IMG/VR virus record: IMGVR_UViG_3300027759_000056
Coordinates: 32,001-96,000 of that record
DNA: 64,000 nucleotides
Strand: one strand, 5' to 3'
Origin: a virus
The notes beneath the pieces are model-generated. The model did no database searches. It worked only from the letters and a program-made list of their open reading frames with translations, and had not been told where the DNA came from. The position numbers and the translations under genes are program-made. Each line of letters begins with the position of its first letter. Positions within the stretch are counted from its first letter, which is position 1. Below, one piece after another: positions 27,936 through 34,475 of this stretch.

Positions 27936-28150
27936 TGGATGTAACTTGGGTCGTGCCACATTGGCCACTTTTACATCAAGAGTCAGAAGGATTAGAGGTG
28001 GCCGTGACTACTCTGACTCGAATACAAAGTACCACGATGCTTACCGTAAGAACAGCACAGTGGTAGATAGAGTTAACGTGAATAACCCAAGGCATAAGCG
28101 TTAACAACCCCCAATAAGACTATTTGGCCAATAGAAACTGTTGGGGTTAT
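27936..28150 (+). ncRNA. structured RNA: five consecutive large-loop hairpins
   Basis: GATGTAA/TTACATC, GAGTCAGA/TCTGACTC, TACCAC/GTGGTA, GTTAACG/CGTTAAC, CCCCAA/TTGGGG stems. Confidence 0.55.
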
Positions 28151-28155
28151 TAAAA

Positions 28156-28227
28156 GCGAGTGTAGTATAAAGGCTATTACTCCAGCCTTCCAAGCTGGAT
28201 ATGCGAGTTCGATTCTCGCCACTCGCT
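28156..28227 (+). tRNA. tRNA-Gly(TCC)
   Basis: CCAGC-CTTCCAA-GCTGG arm, U73. Confidence 0.92.
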
Positions 28228-28230
28228 CAA

Positions 28231-28430
28231 AAAGAACCTTTTCTTACGGAAGTCCGATTAGCGCGGATGAAAGGAACCTTGACTTCACGGGAGTAGCTAC
28301 CCAATTGAAGCTTGAATGACTCAAGGTACTCTGTAATGGACCCTGCTCTATGGTGCACACATAACAGGTGATGGGGAACAAACCATCGGTAAAATCTAAA
28401 CCCACGGTGAGCGTGGAAGGAAAGTTTCTT
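28231..28430 (+). ncRNA. about 200-nt multi-branched structured RNA of unknown class
   Basis: AAGAACCTTTTCTT/AAGGAAAGTTTCTT closing helix; internal TCCG/CGGA, CCTTGA/TCAAGG, CCTG/CAGG, GATGG/CCATC, CCACG/CGTGG helices. Confidence 0.6.
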
Positions 28431-28436
28431 TTTTTT

Positions 28437-28511
28437 GCGGGAGTAGCTCAGGGGTAGAGCTTCAGTTTACCAAACTGAAAGTCGAAGGTTCGAATCCTTT
28501 TTCCCGCTCCA
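28437..28511 (+). tRNA. tRNA-Gly(ACC), rare A34 anticodon
   Basis: GCGGGAG/TTCCCGC-T-CCA Gly-type acceptor; TCAGT-TTACCAA-ACTGA. Confidence 0.85.
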
Positions 28512-28579
28512 AATGTAAATCTTAAAAAGGGCCCTTCCGTGTTTATCACGGCTTGTTGGGCCCGGGTTTACTAACTTAC

Positions 28580-28651
28580 GGTCCTGTAGTTAATCGGCTA
28601 TAATATTGCCCTGTCACGGCAAAGTGCCGGGTTCGATTCCCGGTGGGACCG
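28580..28651 (+). tRNA. tRNA-Asp(GTC)
   Basis: TTGCC-CTGTCAC-GGCAA arm, G73. Confidence 0.9.
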
Positions 28652-28662
28652 CAAAAATAAAA

Positions 28663-28732
28663 GGGCCTGATGTCAACGGCAGACCGTTTGATTTGCAATC
28701 AGAACGTATGGGTTCGATTCCCACAGTGTCCA
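28663..28732 (+). tRNA. tRNA-Ala(TGC), atypical (bulged acceptor, short D arm)
   Basis: TTTGA-TTTGCAA-TCAGA arm; G3:U70 pair and A73. Confidence 0.75.
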
Positions 28733-28741
28733 CAAACAAAT

Positions 28742-28817
28742 AGCGTAGTAGAGGAGTCAGGTTTATCTCATCTGCTTTGGGAGCAGAGGCACGCTGGTTC
28801 GAATCCAGTCTACGCTA
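28742..28817 (+). tRNA. tRNA-Pro(TGG)
   Basis: TCTGC-TTTGGGA-GCAGA arm. Confidence 0.9.
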
Positions 28818-28850
28818 CTAATTATAAAAAAAATTTACTATCTTTGTAAC

Positions 28851-29138
28851 ATGAAAAACATATTAAAAGACCCCCGATTTTATTTTTTCCTATGGATTGT
28901 TCTATCTATTATTCTTGCCATTACGTTAGGAGCTTGTAAACAGAAACCTTTGATTGAAAAAGGTGATGTAGTTGAAAAGTTCGTTATTGATTCAATGGTT
29001 CAATTGCCACCTCACAGCACAATTGAACTTGACAGGAAGTACAAGTATTTCATGTCAGACAGCAGTGAGTTTACTTCTTTGAAGAAATATAACATTGGTG
29101 ATACAATCACTTATGTTTACAAAAAACAAGGAAAGTAA
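28851..29138 (+). CDS. small lipoprotein
   Basis: Hydrophobic signal with LGAC lipobox; TATCTTTG at 28839. Confidence 0.6.
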   Translation: MKNILKDPRFYFFLWIVLSIILAITLGACKQKPLIEKGDVVEKFVIDSMVQLPPHSTIELDRKYKYFMSDSSEFTSLKKYNIGDTITYVYKKQGK

Positions 29139-29157
29139 TATATATTAAAACATAAAT

Positions 29158-29234
29158 GCCTGAATAGCTTTAATTGGTAGAGCACCTGACTTGTAATCAG
29201 GGGGTTGGCGGTTCGAGTCCGTCTTCAGGCTCCA
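29158..29234 (+). tRNA. tRNA-Thr(TGT)
   Basis: CCTGA-CTTGTAA-TCAGG arm, encoded CCA. Confidence 0.92.
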
Positions 29235-29246
29235 AACACAATAATC

Positions 29247-29432
29247 ATGGACCCCAAGACTCAAATGACGCAGGAAGATTTTTTAACTGAATTGACTGAA
29301 TTAAGTCAGTCATTTGGATTGTATGGTGAAAATGACAACTTTGGTGTTGATGGAGTTTACATACATACCCAACCAGAAATGTACATATGTCCGTGGGATA
29401 ATACTCAAGGGGATTGTACTCATTTCAACTAA
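29247..29432 (+). CDS. small hypothetical protein
   Basis: ORF between tRNAs; ATG 29247. Confidence 0.45.
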   Translation: MDPKTQMTQEDFLTELTELSQSFGLYGENDNFGVDGVYIHTQPEMYICPWDNTQGDCTHFN

Positions 29433-29437
29433 TATTT

Positions 29438-29511
29438 GGACGGGTAGCTCAACAGGTTAGAGCAGGATGCTTATATCATCAAGGTTGGGGGTTCAAGTCC
29501 CTTCTCGTCTA
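29438..29511 (+). tRNA. tRNA-Ile(TAT), rare in bacteria
   Basis: GATG-CTTATAT-CATC arm, GGACGGG/CTCGTCT acceptor, A73. Confidence 0.82.
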
Positions 29512-29525
29512 CTAAAAATTTAATT

Positions 29526-30098
29526 ATGAGCAACGAATATAATCAATGGTATTGGAAACTTTATAGATGGTTCAGATGGGACGCTAAACATCTTCATCGT
29601 GATATTGCACAGGGTTTTAGAAACCTATGGAAATGGTTACCAATAATTTGGAAAGACCGTGATTGGGATGACCATTTTATTTTTGAAGTTTTGAAATTCA
29701 AAATCAAGAATACCGCCAAGTATACAGAAAAAAAACAAAGGTTTGTTGGTTGGGAAAAAGAAGTTAGATATATGAGAATATGTGAAACTTTAATTGATAG
29801 AATTCAAAATGAGTATTATCAGATGGAGTATCAAGATTATCATGATTTTGATATTAGTACGGTACCAACAGAAGATGGTTTGTATGAAGTTGTCTTTGAT
29901 GTTAAACGTGATGATACTGATGAATTTGTTAAAAAATACCCACACGCTCTAAGAAAAGCAAAAAAAGACCCAAGATTTAAGAGTTATTTTAAGAATGAAA
30001 GAAATGGTTATCTTGCTGTGGGTATGATTAGACACGAAAAAGCAAGAAAACTGTTATTCAAAATTTTGGAACAAAGAATTGAGCGTTGGTGGGATTGA
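29526..30098 (+). CDS. conserved phage hypothetical protein (Trp-rich)
   Basis: WLPIIWKDRDWD...IERWWD. Confidence 0.65.
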   Translation: MSNEYNQWYWKLYRWFRWDAKHLHRDIAQGFRNLWKWLPIIWKDRDWDDHFIFEVLKFKIKNTAKYTEKKQRFVGWEKEVRYMRICETLIDRIQNEYYQMEYQDYHDFDISTVPTEDGLYEVVFDVKRDDTDEFVKKYPHALRKAKKDPRFKSYFKNERNGYLAVGMIRHEKARKLLFKILEQRIERWWD

Positions 30099-30126
30099 TT
30101 TTTTTCACTATATTTGTATAACAAAT

Positions 30127-30200
30127 GGACCTTTAGCTCAGTTGGTCAGAGCGGCTGACTCATAATCAGTAGGTCGTAGGTTCAAGCCCTACAGGGTCCA
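30127..30200 (+). tRNA. tRNA-Ile2(CAT, lysidine type), possibly Met
   Basis: GGACCTTTAGCTCAG 5' end typical of Ile2; GCTGA-CTCATAA-TCAGT. Confidence 0.85.
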
Positions 30201-30203
30201 CAA

Positions 30204-30389
30204 ATGAAACAAAAAATGTATAGACCAAAAATTGACCGAGTTATTGGTGGAGTATGTTCTGGTATTGCATACCACGTAGACATTGACCCAATTTTTGTTC
30301 GAGTATTATTCTCAATATTAATTTTTAGTCCACTCCCAATTATCTTTGCTTATTTATTATTTTGGTTTTTTACACCAGGTGGTGAATAA
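30204..30389 (+). CDS. pspC: PspC-domain membrane protein
   Basis: YRPKIDRVIGGVCSGIAYHVDIDPIFVRV...AYLLFW. Confidence 0.85.
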   Translation: MKQKMYRPKIDRVIGGVCSGIAYHVDIDPIFVRVLFSILIFSPLPIIFAYLLFWFFTPGGE

Positions 30390-30456
30390 AAAGTTTTAAT
30401 ACCTGATTTATATCAGTTTTTTTTGTATTTATTTAGTAAATAACACTTTTTTACTA

Positions 30457-31083
30457 ATGGAATGGGCTGATATTCTTAAAACATTAATAACCGCTGTATC
30501 ATCAATTGTTGTTGCATTGGTTGCTGCAGGGTATTTTAGAAAAAATTCTGAAAAAAACAAAGAAGAAAAAAGCCGTGGTAAATTAATGGAACAAATTCAA
30601 CGTGATGAATTGGTTCATTTTACATTAAGAGAAATTAGAAGAAAATTTAATTCAGATAGAGTTTATATTATTCAATTTCATAATGGTGGAAGTTTTTATA
30701 CTCAAACACCAATGCAAAAAGCATCCATTACATATGAAAGATGTTCAGATGGATTAGAAAAATTTTCAGAAAGATTTCAAAATATTTTAATTTCAAATCA
30801 TAATTGGTATTTTACCGAAATTATTAACAATCGTTGTTTTTTTTCAGACATTGAAACACAGGTCAAAGATTTACCTGAAAAAAGTTTATTAAAAAATTAT
30901 GGTAATTACGCACATGCTGGAGTACCAATTTATGATGTTGAAAAAAGATTAATTGGTGTTATGTGTTTATCTTGGGTATTTTCTGATTTACAAATAAATG
31001 ATATACATGATGGTAAATTCAATGATGAGTTCAAAAAACAACTTTATGATGATGCCAATTCTTTAAGACCATATCTTGTATGA
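30457..31083 (+). CDS. holin-like protein (N-terminal TM plus GAF-like domain, T4 holin T architecture)
   Basis: Single TM followed by DRVYIIQFHNGG...GVPIYD..LIGVMCL GAF pattern. Confidence 0.55.
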   Translation: MEWADILKTLITAVSSIVVALVAAGYFRKNSEKNKEEKSRGKLMEQIQRDELVHFTLREIRRKFNSDRVYIIQFHNGGSFYTQTPMQKASITYERCSDGLEKFSERFQNILISNHNWYFTEIINNRCFFSDIETQVKDLPEKSLLKNYGNYAHAGVPIYDVEKRLIGVMCLSWVFSDLQINDIHDGKFNDEFKKQLYDDANSLRPYLV

Positions 31084-31361
31084 TTGAATTTTGGGACATA
31101 GATTTTGATGACGAATTAGATTTAGAGGTTGAAGATTTTGTTGAAGGTTTATTAAAATTAGGATTCAAAAGAAAAAACAAAGACATTTTTGTTAAATCAG
31201 TAATTAATCATAATGGTGATAAAGTTGATGACGGATTATTTTACCATCTAAACGAACAACTTTTGGTTTATTATCCTGAACCTAATAGTGGAATAACAAT
31301 CAAAGGTGTAGGTGATGACATCAATAAAATTGATGAATTTATCCGAAAGAATATAATGTAA
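31080..31361 (+). CDS. hypothetical protein
   Basis: Overlaps the stop of the upstream gene. Confidence 0.5.
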   Translation: MIEFWDIDFDDELDLEVEDFVEGLLKLGFKRKNKDIFVKSVINHNGDKVDDGLFYHLNEQLLVYYPEPNSGITIKGVGDDINKIDEFIRKNIM

Positions 31362-31372
31362 TATTTATTGTT

Positions 31373-32038
31373 ATGGAAATGACTTATCCCGTAGCCGGAG
31401 AAACCTTTAATAGTAACTCATCATTTGGTATGAGAGGAACTGGTACACACAAAGGAATTGACCTTAAAGCCGATTCTGGTGACCGTGTAGTTGCCGCTTT
31501 ACCAGGTACTGTAATAAAATCAGACGATAATACTGACCCACAAGGTTATGGTGGACAAATATTAATTAAACACAATATTGACGGTGATATTTTTTATACT
31601 CGTTATGCTCACTTAAGAAAAAGATATGTTCAAGTAAATGAGAACGTTTCTCAGGGTGAAAAAATTGGAGAATCAGGTGGTGGTGAAGGTGATGCAAATA
31701 GAGGTAGAGCAACTGGTCCACATTTACATTTTGAATTATTAGATTACGGTCAAAAAGCAATTGACCCTGAACCATACTTAAAAGGTGCTTTAGCGGTTGG
31801 AGCTGCGGGTCTTGTTGCTGGAGGAACAAATAGTGGAAGTACAAGTTCATCAGGCTCAACTCTTAATACCGACGCTGCTGGAAAAGCGGTTGATAAAATT
31901 ATGGCTGGGTTTATGAAAGGATATTCACCTATAGGTTATTTATCATCACTAAAAGGATTGTCTGAACCAAAAAAAGAATCGGAAATTTCAAAACCAATAC
32001 TTGAAGATATAGAACGAATTAAACAACTCTTAAAATAA
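31373..32038 (+). CDS. M23-family peptidoglycan endopeptidase
   Basis: HKGID, YAHL, TGPHLHFE motifs. Confidence 0.9.
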   Translation: MEMTYPVAGETFNSNSSFGMRGTGTHKGIDLKADSGDRVVAALPGTVIKSDDNTDPQGYGGQILIKHNIDGDIFYTRYAHLRKRYVQVNENVSQGEKIGESGGGEGDANRGRATGPHLHFELLDYGQKAIDPEPYLKGALAVGAAGLVAGGTNSGSTSSSGSTLNTDAAGKAVDKIMAGFMKGYSPIGYLSSLKGLSEPKKESEISKPILEDIERIKQLLK

Positions 32039-32085
32039 AAAAACCCCTCGATTGAGGGGTTTTTTGTTAATGATTACGGTGTTGA

Positions 32086-32262
32086 TTATTTCTTCTCAAC
32101 TACAACTGAATCAGCTTTAACTGAATCTTTAGCAACTACCATAGTAGAATCACACTTAAGTGAATCTGCACAAGTTGAATCGCATTTAGTTGTTTCGGTT
32201 TCTTGGCTTGAACAAGCAACCAACGCAGTCATCATTACTAAACCTAAAATGTACTTTTTCAT
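32086..32262 (-). CDS. 58-aa lipoprotein rich in D-S/T motifs, not in the ORF track
   Basis: MKKYILGLVMMTALVAC-SSQETETTKCDSTCADSLKCDSTMVVAKDSVKADSVVVEKK*. Confidence 0.75.
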   Translation of the reverse strand: MKKYILGLVMMTALVACSSQETETTKCDSTCADSLKCDSTMVVAKDSVKADSVVVEKK

Positions 32263-32369
32263 AATTTGTTTTTGATTATTTTATCTTTGAATTTTAATTA
32301 TAGTCAATAAATATACCTATGACAATAGAAGGACTAATTTTTTTTCTATTATTAAGGTATTTATACATT

Positions 32370-32684
32370 ATGAAAGATATTAAAACACTTATCAGAGAAG
32401 GTCTGAACAACTATATCAACGAAGCCGAAGGTAAAAGTACTAAGGAGCAAGAAATTCCATTACCAAAAGGATGTTTTGGTGGACCAAAAAGTGAATTAGG
32501 AGCATTGATATCTTTGGTTGAATTACTATTAAAAGAAAAAGGTGATGGTGGTCATGGTCAAAGAGCTGTTGATGATTTGAAACAATTTTTAAAAGGTACT
32601 AAGAAAATCAATGCTGAACATGTTGCTGGGATTTTAAGAAAACACCACAAGACTCAATTTATTCATTGGGTTGGTTGTTTATAA
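32370..32684 (+). CDS. hypothetical, probable head protein
   Basis: MKDIKTLIREGLNNYINE N-terminus; TATTTAT upstream. Confidence 0.5.
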   Translation: MKDIKTLIREGLNNYINEAEGKSTKEQEIPLPKGCFGGPKSELGALISLVELLLKEKGDGGHGQRAVDDLKQFLKGTKKINAEHVAGILRKHHKTQFIHWVGCL

Positions 32685-32747
32685 AAAAATTTTATAAAAA
32701 AATATTAAATTAAAGTGGTCTAAATTGACCACTTTAATTGTTTTTAG

Positions 32748-33128
32748 TGGAGATGGAGGGTATCGAACCCTCGTCCAGACTACCTCAACCGATAGATACT
32801 ACACGTTTAGGTCAGTGTTTGCCAACACTCCGAAATTCACAATTCCCTTATTTTATAGTGGTTCGGTTTACTGAGAACTAATCCTCCACTTGTTTCTTTT
32901 TAGATAGAAACCACACCTCTAAAGACTTCTGTTCTTAGGTTAATGTCTCCCGACCTGTTTTGTAATAGCGATTAGGCTACTACAGAAGCGTTTTCACGGA
33001 TTAATCCGATAGTCGCCATTTTGTCTAAAACGTTGCCGTCTAATTTTTCGAACCAGTTTTTAATGAGTTATTTCAGCTCATACGTGCATCCATCAATCAA
33101 CAATACCTGTCGATTCCATGTCATCCCC
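32748..33128 (-). ncRNA. ssrA: tmRNA; tag ORF GNVLDKMATIGLIRENASVVA* at 33037-32972
   Basis: 5' GGGGATGACATGGAATCGAC; 3' GAGGGTTCGATACCCTCCATCTCCA; G3:U70 Ala acceptor; internal tag frame ending VVA-stop. Confidence 0.92.
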
Positions 33129-33200
33129 ATAAATCAAAGAACTTTCTACAAATATAAATATACTTTTTTAACAATACAACTATTTATAATGAAAATAACT

Positions 33201-33938
33201 ATGAAAAAATCAATTTTATTGAATGAAGACGAAAAGAGTAGAATTTTGAATCTTCACGAGACGGCAAAAAATTTATATGAAAATAAAAAACCTGTATCTT
33301 CAATAAAAGAAGATAAATCAAAAAAAGAAAATATGAAAAAAGTAATCAAATTAACTGAATCTGATTTAGAAAAAATCGTAAGACGTGTTATTGAAGAACA
33401 ATACATGGGTGTTGCCTTTGGTGGTGAACAAAATGGTTTACAAATCAAAAAAATGGAAACTAAGGAACAAATGGAACAACCTGCTGTTACGGGTGGTGCT
33501 CCTGTAGACAAAAAACAAATTTACAACCAATTAATTTCAAAAATAAATCAATTTTTACCTGTTGATACAACACAATTCAAACCTATTTTTGCGTTAATTA
33601 AATCAGGTCAAGATAATATGAAAACATTTAATCAATATCAAAATGTTATTAAACAAGTCCAAGATGATGTTCTCCCTAAATTTAATCCACAGGGTGCTAG
33701 AGAATTGGCTAACTCAAATGCTGAAAGATATACATCAGTAACTGGTTTAGGTAGTGCCGCTCAAAGTTATAAAGGAGCTTTGAATCTTACTTTACAAGAT
33801 ATTCTAAATTTAAAAATGGGGTTATCTTATTTGGCTGGAGTTAAAGCTGGTGTTATGAATCCAAAACCGGCTTGGGTAAAAAGTCAAAACGAAATGGAAA
33901 TGTTAAAGAAAATTGGTAATCAAATTGGATTAGCATAA
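33201..33938 (+). CDS. probable head-packaged protein
   Basis: LNEDEKSRILNLHE and MKKVIKLTESDLEKIVRRVIEEQ motifs; the ORF-track start overlaps the tmRNA. Confidence 0.6.
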   Translation: MKKSILLNEDEKSRILNLHETAKNLYENKKPVSSIKEDKSKKENMKKVIKLTESDLEKIVRRVIEEQYMGVAFGGEQNGLQIKKMETKEQMEQPAVTGGAPVDKKQIYNQLISKINQFLPVDTTQFKPIFALIKSGQDNMKTFNQYQNVIKQVQDDVLPKFNPQGARELANSNAERYTSVTGLGSAAQSYKGALNLTLQDILNLKMGLSYLAGVKAGVMNPKPAWVKSQNEMEMLKKIGNQIGLA

Positions 33939-33984
33939 TTAAAATTCTATATAAATGAAAAAGGGGGTTAATAACCCCCTTTTT

Positions 33985-34410
33985 TTATTCTACAATTACA
34001 CTCTGCCAACCTTCGTATTCTTTGAACTCATTAACCCAAACACACAACACTTGAACTTCATCAGGGGTGTTTTGGAAGATGGTGAAAATTACATCTTTAC
34101 CTTTGTAGTTTACGATGTACAAATCAGTGTTCTCACCCAAAACTTCTTTTTTCTTGATGAAGTATTTGCTTACTTTACCATTCTCAATGTCATTCAAACT
34201 CATGATGCGAGATGCTGTATCAATAGTCAAAACCACATCACCACGAGAACTCGGAAGTTTAGTTTCCAAATCATTGTTCAAAGCGTACATAGTATTGTAC
34301 TTAGCGTTGTGGGTAAATCCGTAAAAAGCATTCATCTTGTAAGATACTGATTGTGCTTGAGCGGTGATTGTCAAGATGAACATTGCGATGGTGGTGATGA
34401 TGTTTTTCAT
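33985..34410 (-). CDS. secreted hypothetical protein
   Basis: Signal peptide ending AQAQ; TATATTTG promoter upstream. Confidence 0.6.
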   Translation of the reverse strand: MKNIITTIAMFILTITAQAQSVSYKMNAFYGFTHNAKYNTMYALNNDLETKLPSSRGDVVLTIDTASRIMSLNDIENGKVSKYFIKKKEVLGENTDLYIVNYKGKDVIFTIFQNTPDEVQVLCVWVNEFKEYEGWQSVIVE

Positions 34411-34475
34411 AGTTTGTCTTCCTTTCTTATACAAATATACAACCATTTTTCAATCTACACAACTATTTATAAGAA

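Noticed and set aside
28231-28430. RNase P RNA
   Set aside because: Only a partial GGAAGTCCG resemblance; lacks full GAGGAAAGUCC, the 3' ACAGAA..CGGC half of P4 and the expected length.
28663-28732. tRNA-Cys(GCA) call
   Set aside because: The 7-nt loop TTTGCAA centres on TGC, and G3:U70 with A73 indicates Ala.
33021-33200. N-terminal extension of ORF 33021..33938
   Set aside because: Overlaps the antisense tmRNA and lies upstream of the TATTTAT motif; the real start is probably 33201.
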